Assembly (NCBI GenBank): GCA_021821305.1
Contig: JAKACP010000001.1
Coordinates: 68,934-132,933 of the forward strand
Direction: 5' to 3'
Source: a bacterium
Lineage (GTDB): Bacteria; Patescibacteriota; Minisyncoccia; Moranbacterales; UBA1568
DNA length: 64,000 nt
Part shown: one piece after another, positions 1 to 8,755 of the stretch
Layout of the letters: each line of letters begins with the position of its first letter
Position numbering within the stretch: the first letter of the stretch is position 1
The notes under the pieces: generated by a model
The model's input: only the letters and a program-made list of their open reading frames with translations
What the model was told of the DNA's origin: nothing
Database searches by the model: none
Translations under genes and position numbers: made by a program

Positions 1-1323
1 GACGAGAAGAACCCGATGCTCACCCGCGTCTCCGGCATCGCCTTCGCGACGAAAGCGGAACTCGAAGCGCACCTCACGATGCTCGAAGAGGCGAAAAAGC
101 GCGACCACAAGAAGCTCGGCCGCGAGCTCGATCTCTTCGTGTTCTCCGATCTCGTCGGCGCGGGTCTGCCGCTGTGGACACCCAAAGGGACGCTCATCCG
201 GAACCTCCTCGATACCTACGTCTGGGAGCTCCGCAAGCGTCACGGATACGAGCAGGTCGATATCCCTCACATCACCAAGAAGGAACTGTACGAGACTTCG
301 GGGCACTGGGAAAAGTTCAAGGACGAGCTCTTCACGATCACCACGCGCGAGGGACACTTCTTCGCGATGAAGCCCATGAACTGTCCCCACCACACGCAGC
401 TCTACGCGCGCAGGCAGTGGAGCTACCGCGAACTCCCCCAGCGCTACGCCAATACCACGAAAGTCTACCGCGACGAGCAATCCGGCGAGCTCAACGGTCT
501 CTCACGGACGCGCGCGTTCACCCAGGACGACGCGCACGTATTCTGCCGCAAGGAAGAGATCGAGACGGAGGTGCTCGCGGTATGGGACATCATCGACACG
601 TTCTACGGATCGTTCGGATTCTCCGACCTCGTCGTCCGCTTTTCCCGCCACGATCCGGAACACTTCGAGAAATACCTCGGTACCGAGGAGCTCTGGAACG
701 ACGCGGAGCGACAGATCGCGAACATCCTCGCGAAACGCGGCGGCGAATACATCGACGGCCTCGGTGAGGCGGCGATGTACGGTCCGAAAATAGACTTCAT
801 GGCCAAAGACGCGATCGGGCGGGAATGGCAGGTCGCGACCATACAGCTCGACTTCAATATGCCCGAGCGGTTCGATCTCTCCTGCATCAACGAGAAGGGC
901 GAGAAGGAACGGGTGGCGATGATCCACTGCGCTGTCATGGGATCCATCGAGCGGTTCATGAGCGTGCTCATCGAACACTTCGCCGGCAGTTTCCCGCTCT
1001 GGCTCGCTCCGGTTCAGACGCGCGTCCTGCCGATCGGAGAAAGCGAACACGGATACGCCGAGGAAACGATCGCACAGCTCGCCTCGGCCGGCATCCGCTG
1101 CGATCTCGACGACTCGAACGAGAGCCTCGGCAAGAAGATCCGCAACGCCAAGCTCGAGAAGATCCCCTACCTCCTCGTCATCGGCAAGAACGAGGCTGCG
1201 AACAAGACAGCCACGCTCGAGAGCCGCGATCAGGGCAAGATCGGCGAGATGAAGATCGACGAAGTGATCGGACGCCTTACGGAAGAGAACGATTCGAAAG
1301 CGATCACCCGGAAAACGGCTTGA
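1..1323 (+). CDS. thrS: threonyl-tRNA synthetase, C-terminal ~440 aa (5' end lies outside the window)
   Basis: The translation has class II aaRS core motifs (MKPMNCPHHTQLY, FTQDDAHVF) and the anticodon-binding C-terminal domain. The frame stays open back to position 1. Confidence 0.9.
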   Translation, partial: DEKNPMLTRVSGIAFATKAELEAHLTMLEEAKKRDHKKLGRELDLFVFSDLVGAGLPLWTPKGTLIRNLLDTYVWELRKRHGYEQVDIPHITKKELYETSGHWEKFKDELFTITTREGHFFAMKPMNCPHHTQLYARRQWSYRELPQRYANTTKVYRDEQSGELNGLSRTRAFTQDDAHVFCRKEEIETEVLAVWDIIDTFYGSFGFSDLVVRFSRHDPEHFEKYLGTEELWNDAERQIANILAKRGGEYIDGLGEAAMYGPKIDFMAKDAIGREWQVATIQLDFNMPERFDLSCINEKGEKERVAMIHCAVMGSIERFMSVLIEHFAGSFPLWLAPVQTRVLPIGESEHGYAEETIAQLASAGIRCDLDDSNESLGKKIRNAKLEKIPYLLVIGKNEAANKTATLESRDQGKIGEMKIDEVIGRLTEENDSKAITRKTA

Positions 1324-1356
1324 CGGCGAAAATCGTTTTGGTAGAATAGGAAATAA

Positions 1357-1395
1357 TAAAAGCGCAAACACCAATCGTTGCGCTTTTATTGTTTT
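1357..1395. terminator. rho-independent terminator (hairpin plus T-run) after thrS
   Basis: aaaagcgcaaacaccaatcgttgcgctttt forms a GC stem and is followed by attgtttt. It sits between convergent genes. Confidence 0.5.
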
Positions 1396-1411
1396 CCGAC
1401 GACATCCTCCC

Positions 1412-1759
1412 TCACCTCTTCGAGAGCCGGTCGGCCGCGTCCCGCGCCATCCGGAGGAGAACGTTCCGATCGTCGCCGTCGTCGACACGGTTCTCCCGTT
1501 CATGGCCGCAGACGACGCACCGGTGCAGGATACGCTCCTCACCGTTTTTCATGCGAGAGGAGACGGGCTCCATGAGACCCCCGCACGAGGCGGCGCGATC
1601 CCCGGGGAATACGTCCACGTGACGGCTAAAGAGGCATGCCGGACAGTGATTCGTATACCCGTCACCCGTAACCGCGACACCGCAGCGGGCGCAAATGAAA
1701 TCCTCTTTTTTTCTCCGGAACTTCCGTTCGTTCATAAGCCGTTTGACGCGAGGGAGCAT
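1412..1759 (-). CDS. small Cys-rich protein resembling the RNHCP domain
   Basis: The internal Met start MLPRVKRL... gives ~115 aa with CxxC...NHCPAC...CVVCGH motifs. The longer track ORF (to 2278) overlaps the better-supported plus-strand gene. Confidence 0.4.
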   Translation of the reverse strand: MLPRVKRLMNERKFRRKKEDFICARCGVAVTGDGYTNHCPACLFSRHVDVFPGDRAASCGGLMEPVSSRMKNGEERILHRCVVCGHERENRVDDGDDRNVLLRMARDAADRLSKR

Positions 1760-1807
1760 TCCCCAGTATGATACGCTGATGTTCATTACAAAGAAAGGAG
1801 TGGCACC

Positions 1808-2263
1808 ATGGATAATCCGATCGTTCTCCTCGCCGTACTCAACGTCATCCCGAGCACCCTGCCTGAGATTTTGTCCGACATAGCCTCCCTCAGACAAGGA
1901 AGGGGGTATTCCCCGTTCGGCGGGTCGTGCGCGATCAGCCGGTTCGTCAGGGAGTCCGGCGATGGTCCGGGTCCGCTTGAGCCGTTCCATACGCGGGAAA
2001 CCTGTGAAAAGGGTCTCATGGAACTGGCTCGGCTCGGACTCGTCAAAAAAGACGACGCCGGATACCGATTGACGTACGAGGGCATCGCGATGACCGCGGC
2101 GGTCATCAGGCGCGTGAAGAAGAAATACGGGCCCCAGGCACCCCCGCTTCCGTCCGCCGTACGCAAGGATCGGCCGGATCCGCCCGTCGAGCTCTCTCCA
2201 ATCTCCCGGCAGAAGCTCTTGGAGGAACTCGTCAAACGATACGCCGACGAGCAAAAACACTGA
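1808..2263 (+). CDS. hypothetical protein (151 aa), possible winged-helix fold
   Basis: A Shine-Dalgarno site aaaggag lies 8 nt upstream of the ATG. A clean terminator hairpin follows. No family is recognised. Confidence 0.5.
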   Translation: MDNPIVLLAVLNVIPSTLPEILSDIASLRQGRGYSPFGGSCAISRFVRESGDGPGPLEPFHTRETCEKGLMELARLGLVKKDDAGYRLTYEGIAMTAAVIRRVKKKYGPQAPPLPSAVRKDRPDPPVELSPISRQKLLEELVKRYADEQKH

Positions 2264-2265
2264 AC

Positions 2266-2297
2266 GGAGACATGTCAACCGACTGTCTCCGTTTTTT
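2266..2297 (+). terminator. rho-independent terminator
   Basis: ggagacatgtcaaccgactgtctcc is followed by gttttttc. Confidence 0.55.
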
Positions 2298-2313
2298 CAT
2301 GTCCGGAAGAGCC

Positions 2314-2832
2314 TTACTTGATCCCCATGAGCTCGGTCTCGAACACGAGCGTCGCATCCGGAGGGATGAGCGCGCCGGCGCCGCGCGAACCATAGCCCAT
2401 CTCCGAAGGGATGGTGAGCCGGCGCTTCTCGCCGACCTTCATGCCGAGCAGTCCCTCGTCCCAGCCGCGGATGACCTCTCCCGCGCCCACGGTGAAGGAA
2501 AACGGCTCGCCGCGATCGATACTCGAATCGAACTTGGTACCGTCGGTGAGCGTCCCGGTGTAGTGTACCGAGATCATATCGCCCTTCTTCGTCACCCGAT
2601 CCCCGGAACCTTCCCGGAGCGTCTCTATCTTGAGATCCATACTCGTTTCGTTATCCTTTTTATCGGCTACCACCGGTTGTTTCTGGGTCGACTGCTCGCG
2701 GACCTTCTCCTCGTCTATCGTCACCGCGATCTCCTTCGTGCGTGAGGGCGCCTTGTCTTCCTGCGGCCGGGAGGAATAATACATGACGCCGACGAATGCC
2801 ATGACGCCGACGATCGCGAATATCTTGTTCAT
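2314..2832 (-). CDS. FKBP-type peptidyl-prolyl cis-trans isomerase with N-terminal membrane anchor
   Basis: FKBP domain motifs are present ([61 protein letters not shown]). The start is chosen at the internal MNKIFAIVG. The upstream extension of the track ORF overlaps a tRNA. Confidence 0.8.
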   Translation of the reverse strand: MNKIFAIVGVMAFVGVMYYSSRPQEDKAPSRTKEIAVTIDEEKVREQSTQKQPVVADKKDNETSMDLKIETLREGSGDRVTKKGDMISVHYTGTLTDGTKFDSSIDRGEPFSFTVGAGEVIRGWDEGLLGMKVGEKRRLTIPSEMGYGSRGAGALIPPDATLVFETELMGIK

Positions 2833-2854
2833 AGGTGTTTCCGTATCGTGTTCG

Positions 2855-2930
2855 TGGAGCGGGTGATGGGAATCGAACCCACCTCTCGACCTTGGAAGGG
2901 TCGCATAATAAGCCACTATACTACACCCGC
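2855..2930 (-). tRNA. tRNA-Gly (anticodon TCC), CCA encoded
   Basis: The reverse complement reads GCGGGTGTAGTATAGTGG...GGTTCGATTCCCATCACCCGCTCCA. A cloverleaf is present with anticodon loop CTTCCAA. Confidence 0.8.
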
Positions 2931-2958
2931 ATCGTCTGCAGACGGTTCCGCCCGAGCG

Positions 2959-3735
2959 CTATTTCCCGGCTATCGGGCCCGTCAGTCCCGTGAAAGGATC
3001 GATCTTGATATCCTCGGGCAGGACTCCGAGCCCGAGAAGCATCTCTTTCATCGCGTCCGCGAAACCGGGAGCGCCTATGACATAATAATGGCAATCCGTC
3101 GCATCTGGCAAGTATTTCCGGATCATGTCCCCGGTGATGTGCCCACGCTCTTCCCGCGGCTCCGTCGCCGGATCCGTCACATCGGACAACGTCCAGATAT
3201 ACCGGAAATCCGCGATATCGGCGGCGAGAAGCTCCTTGTGGAACGCGGCGTCCACGATATGACGATTCGAGTAGAAGAGGGCGTACGGGCGCGTGTCCCC
3301 GCGGAACGCGGCGTCGCGGAGCATGGCCCTCGCCGGCGCGATCCCGACGCCGCCGGCGAGCAACACGACCGGTTTTCCGTCATTCTCCGGAATCGTGCAG
3401 TGCCCGACGGCCGGCGAACAGGAGACCGTATCGCCCGGCTTGAGGTCCCACATCGTCTTCTTGAATCCGGTTATCCCCTCGCGCATGACGAACGCGATCT
3501 CGTCCTCATGCGGGGCCGACGCGATGGAAAACGATCGGACGCCTGCCCGGACGTCCGGCTCGACCAGCCGAGTCGGGTCCATCCGCATCACGACGTACTG
3601 CCCTGCCTGGAACGTGAACCCGTCCGGCTTTTCGAACGAGAACATCCTGGTCTTATCGGCGACTTCCTTGAACTCCTTGAGCGTGAGCGTGATCATTTCC
3701 ATACCGTCCTCGTTTTCACGGTTACGTATTTTCAC
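2959..3735 (-). CDS. ferredoxin-NADP(+) reductase-like FAD/NAD(P)-binding oxidoreductase
   Basis: It has an FNR-like N-terminal FAD-binding barrel (RSFSIAS) and an NAD-binding segment (VLLAGGVGIAP). An alternative start at 3702 is possible. Confidence 0.7.
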   Translation of the reverse strand: MKIRNRENEDGMEMITLTLKEFKEVADKTRMFSFEKPDGFTFQAGQYVVMRMDPTRLVEPDVRAGVRSFSIASAPHEDEIAFVMREGITGFKKTMWDLKPGDTVSCSPAVGHCTIPENDGKPVVLLAGGVGIAPARAMLRDAAFRGDTRPYALFYSNRHIVDAAFHKELLAADIADFRYIWTLSDVTDPATEPREERGHITGDMIRKYLPDATDCHYYVIGAPGFADAMKEMLLGLGVLPEDIKIDPFTGLTGPIAGK

Positions 3736-3751
3736 ATATAAGGCCTTCTTG

Positions 3752-3822
3752 TCGGGGTGCAGGGAGTCGAACCCTGACTAAATGGTCCCAAACCACTCGT
3801 ACTACCGCTATACTACACCCCG
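3752..3822 (-). tRNA. tRNA-Pro (anticodon TGG)
   Basis: The reverse complement reads CGGGGTGTAGTATAGCGGTAGTACGAGTGGTTTGGGACCATTTAGTCAGGGTTCGACTCCCTGCACCCCGA. It has a 7-bp acceptor stem, a TΨC arm GGTTCGACTCC and anticodon loop TTTGGGA. No CCA is encoded. Confidence 0.75.
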
Positions 3823-3863
3823 ATTCAACTCGGAATCCCCGCCTGCGGCAGGCAGGGAACCGA

Positions 3864-3911
3864 GACTAAATGGTCCCAAACCACTCGTACTACCACTATA
3901 CTATGCCCCGA
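3864..3911 (-). pseudogene. truncated duplicate of the tRNA-Pro(TGG) 5' portion (acceptor 5' strand, D arm, anticodon arm)
   Basis: A 31-nt exact repeat gactaaatggtcccaaaccactcgtactacc is flanked by tRNA-like sequence. The T arm and 3' acceptor strand are missing. It is not foldable as a tRNA. Confidence 0.5.
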
Positions 3912-4066
3912 AAGGACCCATCCATCATACCCGCAAAGGGCAGAAAAGGCAACGGAAAGCAAAATCCCGTCCGCACGAGGCGAAACGGGATTCAGCCCTA
4001 TCTTTTGTTTCTTCGAAAGCGTTCTCTCCGGACGGAATATCCGGAGGATTCCGCTTCGCTTCGCGA

Positions 4067-4357
4067 TTATTTCACCGCTTCCTTGAGACTCTTCCCGGCA
4101 GTGAATTTCGGTACCGTCATCGCGGGAATCGTGATCTTGGCCTTGGTCTGCGGGTTGATGCCTTCGCGGGCCGCGCGGTCCGAGACACGGAACGTACCGA
4201 AACCGGTAAGCGTCACCTTGTTCCCTTTGCGGAGCTCATCCGTCACGACATCCACCATGGCCTCGATGGTCGCCTCGACATCTTTCTTCGAAAGATCCGT
4301 CTTGGCGCACACCGCGTGCACGAGCGCGTCTTTGTTCACATTCGTCATACTTTCCAC
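4067..4357 (-). CDS. hup: DNA-binding protein HU
   Basis: The 96-aa product has the HU/IHF signature (GFGTFRVSDRAAREGINPQTKAKITIPA). Confidence 0.85.
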   Translation of the reverse strand: MESMTNVNKDALVHAVCAKTDLSKKDVEATIEAMVDVVTDELRKGNKVTLTGFGTFRVSDRAAREGINPQTKAKITIPAMTVPKFTAGKSLKEAVK

Positions 4358-4471
4358 CTGCCTTTCTAGTTTTCTGCTCCGGCCATCCGGAGTGTCTATG
4401 AATTTTCCTCCGATACCATTCTAACTTTTCGCTGAAAAAAAGCAAATCCCAAACATTGTCAACACTCGACC

Positions 4472-6004
4472 CTACCGGGCGAACTCGATCGACCGGGTCT
4501 CGCGCATCACGACCACGCGGATCTCGCCGGGGTACTTGAGCTCCTCTTGGATCCGGCCCGCGATGTCCTTGGCGAGCTTCATCGCGCCGAGATCATCCGT
4601 CTTCTCGGGATTCACGAACACCCGCACCTCGCGGCCCGCCTGGATGGCATAGGACTTCTCCACTTCGGAAAACGAGTTGATGAGCGATTCGAGCTCCTCG
4701 AGCCGTCTGATGTATTTTTCCGCGGTCTCCTTCCGGGCACCCGGACGGGCCGCCGAAATCGCGTCGGCCGCGGTCACGATATAGGATTCGAGCGACGAAT
4801 GCGGATACTCGTCATGATGGCACTTCATGGCGTCGATCACTTCCTGCTGCACGCCGAATTTCTCGAGGATCCGGATGCCGATGTTCACGTGCGTCCCCTC
4901 GATCTCATGGTCCACCGCCTTGCCGATATCATGGAGCAATCCGGCCTTCTTCGCGACCGCGACGTTGCCGCCCAGTTCCGCGGCCAAAGCGCCGGCGATA
5001 TAGGAGACCTCGAGCGTATGGATGAGCACGTTCTGCTTGTAGCTGTAGCGGAACCGCAGCCGTCCGAGGATATAGAGCAGCTTGGGATGGAGCCCGGCCA
5101 CGCCGGCCTCGTATGCCGCCGCCTCGCCGGCTTCCTTGATCCTCTGATCGACTTCCTTGCGTCCTTCTTCCACGGCTTCCTCGATGCGGGCCGGATGGAT
5201 GCGTCCGTCGGCTATCAGCTTCTCGAGAGCTATCTTGGCCACTTCGCGTCGGACCGGGTCGAAACCGGAGATCACGACGGATTCCGGGGTATCGTCGACG
5301 ATGAGTTCGACACCGGTCTCCTTCTCGAGCGCGCGGATGTTCCGCCCTTCCTTGCCGATGATCTTCCCCTTGATGTCATCCGAAGGGATCGGCACCGTCG
5401 TCGTCGTGAACTCGGAGACATGCGAGCGGGAGTATTTCTGGATGATGGTCGCCATGATGTTGAGCGACCGCTCCTCGAGCGCCTCCGTCCCCTCCTTCTC
5501 GAGCTTGGTGATGCGCTGGACCAGGGCATCCTTGCTGTCCTCCTCCACGAGGCGGAACAGCTCCTCGCGGGCCTGCTCCGTCGAGAGGTTGGCTATGCGC
5601 TGGAGCTTTTCCTGCTCTTCTCCGCGAAGCTTTTCCACATCCTCCTGGATCGCCCGTATCTCGTCGGCTTTCTTGAGGAGCGTCTTCTTCTCCTGTTCGG
5701 TCTCGCTCAGGCGATGCTCGAGCTCGTCCTCACGCTTCTCGAGACGGCGTTCCTGGCGGCGGAACTCCTCCTCCCGGACCTGCGCCTCCTTTTTCGCTTC
5801 TTCCAAAAGCTCGACCGAACGGTTTTTCGCCTCGAGCACGATATCCGCGGATTTCTTTTCCGCGTCCTCGACGATCTTGGCCACCTGCCCCTCGGCGGTG
5901 GAAAGCTCACGTTTCGCCATCGTCTGGCGGGCCAGGTAGCCCAAAACCGCACCGACGCCGAGGGCGAGGGTGCCGATAAGCAGCAAAGTCACGCTGATAA
6001 CCAT
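4472..6004 (-). CDS. rny: ribonuclease Y
   Basis: It has an N-terminal TM helix, a coiled coil, a KH domain (GKIIGKEGRNIRALE) and an HD domain (LLHDIGKAVDHE). Confidence 0.9.
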   Translation of the reverse strand: MVISVTLLLIGTLALGVGAVLGYLARQTMAKRELSTAEGQVAKIVEDAEKKSADIVLEAKNRSVELLEEAKKEAQVREEEFRRQERRLEKREDELEHRLSETEQEKKTLLKKADEIRAIQEDVEKLRGEEQEKLQRIANLSTEQAREELFRLVEEDSKDALVQRITKLEKEGTEALEERSLNIMATIIQKYSRSHVSEFTTTTVPIPSDDIKGKIIGKEGRNIRALEKETGVELIVDDTPESVVISGFDPVRREVAKIALEKLIADGRIHPARIEEAVEEGRKEVDQRIKEAGEAAAYEAGVAGLHPKLLYILGRLRFRYSYKQNVLIHTLEVSYIAGALAAELGGNVAVAKKAGLLHDIGKAVDHEIEGTHVNIGIRILEKFGVQQEVIDAMKCHHDEYPHSSLESYIVTAADAISAARPGARKETAEKYIRRLEELESLINSFSEVEKSYAIQAGREVRVFVNPEKTDDLGAMKLAKDIAGRIQEELKYPGEIRVVVMRETRSIEFAR

Positions 6005-6249
6005 AACCGTGTATCCCTGTGCCCGAGATACCGCGGAGGGTCGTCGGAGAGGCTTACTTCGAAGCCTTCTTCATCCGATGAACATGAGAAAGAATACCGG
6101 AAACGGATCCGGCGGAAATATGAATGTCTCTGTGCGAATAGGAATGGGTTCCCTTCATAATTTTCAATCTTCTCGTCCCCGCTATCTCAAGAAAAGGGGT
6201 GAAACAATATTTACGAATGTGGAGCCATCATAGCCCAACGGGACCGCTT

Positions 6250-6279
6250 TGTCAAAGAGATTGGCGAGGTGCTATACTG
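6250..6279 (+). promoter_or_regulatory. sigma-70-like promoter (TTGTCA-18-TATACT)
   Basis: The sequence ttgtcaaagagattggcgaggtgctatact lies immediately upstream of repeat copy A and gpmI. Confidence 0.35.
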
Positions 6280-6283
6280 ACTA

Positions 6284-6468
6284 AGTAACTGTTCAACATC
6301 TCACCGCCCTGAATACAAGAAAAAGCATGCTTGTCTCATAAAATGTCCGGATTTCGGCTGCAAACCCCTCAAAGCTCGTCGGATTATCACGATAGCCCTC
6401 CTCACTTCTCAGGGTTTTCGCTCGAAATCCGAACATTTTCTTGAGACATGAGATATTGAACAGTTACT
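6284..6468 (-). repeat. copy A of a ~186-nt TIR-flanked intergenic element (candidate structured ncRNA or MITE)
   Basis: The 20-nt termini agtaactgttcaacatctca and tgagatattgaacagttact are inverted repeats (19/20). The interior aligns with the copies at 51599-51790 and 63398-63583. Confidence 0.5.
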
Positions 6469-6495
6469 AAAGAAATCACCATAAACAGAAACATC

Positions 6496-8070
6496 GTGTA
6501 CCGACCGTTCGTGCTGGTCGTCTTGGACGGATGGGGCTTGAGCTCCTTCACCCAAGGGAATCCTTTGCGCCAGGCGAAGCTCCCGACCATCGAAAAACTC
6601 AACCGATTCTACCCCCTGGCGACGCTTCAGGCCTCCGGAATTTCCGTAGGTCTTCCTTGGAATACCGCCGGAAACAGCGAGGTCGGCCACATGACCATGG
6701 GCGCGGGACGCGTCATCTACCAGAACCTCCCGCGCATCGCGCTTTCCATACAGGACGGGAGTTTCTATAAGAATCCCACGCTGCTCGCCGCCATCGACAA
6801 CGTGAAACGGACCGGGGGGAAACTCCATCTGATGGGGCTCGTCGGTGCCGGCGCGGTGCACTCGAGCAAGGATCACCTCTCGGCATTGCTGCGCATGACC
6901 AAGAACGAGGGGCTCGAGCAGGTGTTCATCCACGCCTTCACCGACGGTCGCGACTCCCCTCCGATGGCGGGAATACAGCATATCCGCGACCTCGAACGCG
7001 AGATGTCGATGATCGGCATCGGCCGGGTCGCCTCGGTCATCGGTCGCAACTGGGCCATGGACCGCAACAACAACTGGGACCGCATCGAGAAGGCCTATCG
7101 GATGCTCACCGAAGGGAAAGGCGAGCCGATGACCGATGTTCCGCTCTATCTCGAGCAATCCTACCTCAAGAACGTCACGGACGAATACGTCGAGGCCGGC
7201 GTCACCGTGGATGAGAACGGGCAACCGATCGCGCGCATCGAGGAGAAGGACTCGGTGATATATTTCAATTTCCGCGAAGACCGGGCCCGTGAGCTCACCA
7301 AGGCGTTCACGCTTCCCGGCTTCGACAAGTTCGATCGGCCGAAATTTCTCGACATCCATTTCGTCACCCTGACCGAATACGAGCGGGATCTCCCCGTGAC
7401 CGGCATCGCGTTCCCTCCGGAAAAGGTCGAGAACAGTCTCGGCGAGACGCTCTCCAACGCCGGAAAAAAGCAGCTGCGCATCGCCGAGACCGAAAAATAT
7501 GCCCACGTCACCTACTTCTTCAACGGAGGCAAGGAGCGGGCTTTCGCCGGCGAAGATCGGCTCCTCGTGCCGTCTCCGACCGTTTCCAAATTCGACGAGG
7601 TTCCGGAGATGAGCTCCGGAGAGTTGACCGACACGGTCATAAAGGCCATCGGTGAGGGGAAATATGATTTCATCCTCGTCAATTACGCGAACCCGGACAT
7701 GGTCGCCCATACCGGAAACGAGGAAGCGACGGTCGAAGCCGTCGAGGCGACCGACCGGTGCCTGGCGCTCCTCATCCCCGCGGTACTGCAGGCCGGAGGC
7801 GCGATGATGGTCACTTCGGATCACGGAAACGCCGAGGAACTCAAGAAGGCTTCCACCGGAGAGACCGACACCGAGCACTCGACCAACCCCATACCGCTCT
7901 GGTACCTCACCCCGGACAACCATCGGGAAAAGGACGCCGGCACGATGATGCGCGAACAAAACGAGGTACGCGGACTCCTTTCGGACGTCGCTCCGACCAT
8001 ACTCGATATACTGCAGATTCCCCAGCCGGCCGAGATGAACGGCTCGAGTATCGCGTCCTTGCTCGAGTGA
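6496..8070 (+). CDS. gpmI: 2,3-bisphosphoglycerate-independent phosphoglycerate mutase
   Basis: The 524-aa product carries iPGM motifs (LVVLDGWG, SEVGHMTMGAGR, TSDHGNAEE). Confidence 0.9.
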   Translation: MYRPFVLVVLDGWGLSSFTQGNPLRQAKLPTIEKLNRFYPLATLQASGISVGLPWNTAGNSEVGHMTMGAGRVIYQNLPRIALSIQDGSFYKNPTLLAAIDNVKRTGGKLHLMGLVGAGAVHSSKDHLSALLRMTKNEGLEQVFIHAFTDGRDSPPMAGIQHIRDLEREMSMIGIGRVASVIGRNWAMDRNNNWDRIEKAYRMLTEGKGEPMTDVPLYLEQSYLKNVTDEYVEAGVTVDENGQPIARIEEKDSVIYFNFREDRARELTKAFTLPGFDKFDRPKFLDIHFVTLTEYERDLPVTGIAFPPEKVENSLGETLSNAGKKQLRIAETEKYAHVTYFFNGGKERAFAGEDRLLVPSPTVSKFDEVPEMSSGELTDTVIKAIGEGKYDFILVNYANPDMVAHTGNEEATVEAVEATDRCLALLIPAVLQAGGAMMVTSDHGNAEELKKASTGETDTEHSTNPIPLWYLTPDNHREKDAGTMMREQNEVRGLLSDVAPTILDILQIPQPAEMNGSSIASLLE

Positions 8071-8091
8071 TACTTAGCGGGAAACTCGACA

Positions 8092-8129
8092 AAACGCCCC
8101 CTCACGCGACGTGACGGGGCGTTTTTTTA
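8092..8129. terminator. bidirectional rho-independent terminator between the convergent gpmI and clpP
   Basis: aaaacgccccctcacgcgacgtgacggggcgttttttt. Confidence 0.6.
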
Positions 8130-8147
8130 TTCCGATCGCCGATCGAC

Positions 8148-8732
8148 CTACGAGATGACCTTGTCGACGATGCCGTACGACTTGGCTTCGTCCGCCGTCA
8201 TGAAGTAGTCGCGCTCGGTATCCTTCTCGATGCGGGCGAGTTTCTGGCCGGTATGCTTCGCGAGGATACGGTTAAGCCGATCCCGGGTCTTGAGGATATG
8301 CCGGGCATGGATCTCGACTTCGGTCGCCTGCCCCTGCGCGCCGCCCAACACCTGGTGGATCATCACCTCGCTGTTCGGGAGCACCATGCGCTTGCCCTTG
8401 GCGCCGGCCGCGAGGAGGACCGCTCCCGCGGATGCCGCGAGTCCGACGCAGATCGTCGAGACCGTCGGCTTCACGTACTGCATCGTATCGTAGATCGCGA
8501 GCGCCGCCGTCACCGATCCGCCGGGCGAATTGATATACATGCGGATATCCTCCTTCGGGTTCTGCGACTCGAGGAAGAGGAGCTGTGCGATGATCGTGTT
8601 GGCGACGTCGTCGTCGATGGGCGACCCGAGAAAGATGATGCGGTCCTTGAGGAGACGGGAGTAGATATCGTATGCGCGTTCCCCCATGCTTGTCTTCTCG
8701 ACGACCATCGGCACGAGATAGTTGTTTTTCAT
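8148..8732 (-). CDS. clpP: ATP-dependent Clp protease proteolytic subunit
   Basis: The 194-aa product has the catalytic Ser motif (VGLAASAGA), His (MIHQ) and an overall ClpP fold. Confidence 0.9.
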   Translation of the reverse strand: MKNNYLVPMVVEKTSMGERAYDIYSRLLKDRIIFLGSPIDDDVANTIIAQLLFLESQNPKEDIRMYINSPGGSVTAALAIYDTMQYVKPTVSTICVGLAASAGAVLLAAGAKGKRMVLPNSEVMIHQVLGGAQGQATEVEIHARHILKTRDRLNRILAKHTGQKLARIEKDTERDYFMTADEAKSYGIVDKVIS

Positions 8733-8734
8733 AG

Positions 8735-8755
8735 TGTACTGTTATGGATAACAGG
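8735..8755. promoter_or_regulatory. perfect palindrome CTGTTATGGATAACAG (CTGT-N8-ACAG), operator-like, just upstream of the clpP start
   Basis: tactgttatggataacaggta is a 16-bp perfect inverted repeat with LexA-box-like CTGT...ACAG geometry. Confidence 0.3.

Noticed and set aside
3838-3915. Possible second functional tRNA-Pro gene
   Set aside because: The copy has no T-arm (no GTTCRA-like loop) and no 3' acceptor strand complementary to its 5' end. Only the 5' two-thirds of the tRNA are duplicated.
3782-4424. Paired plus-strand ORFs 3782-4369 and 3870-4424 both beginning MVPNHSYY
   Set aside because: The shared N-termini are an artefact of the duplicated tRNA-Pro sequence read in a coding frame. 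Both overlap the tRNA and the real hup gene on the opposite strand.
4547-8070. Plus-strand ORF 4547-6160 (537 aa) opposite rny and minus-strand ORF 6409-7959 (516 aa) opposite gpmI
   Set aside because: These are shadow ORFs of genes with unambiguous RNase Y and iPGM motifs on the other strand.
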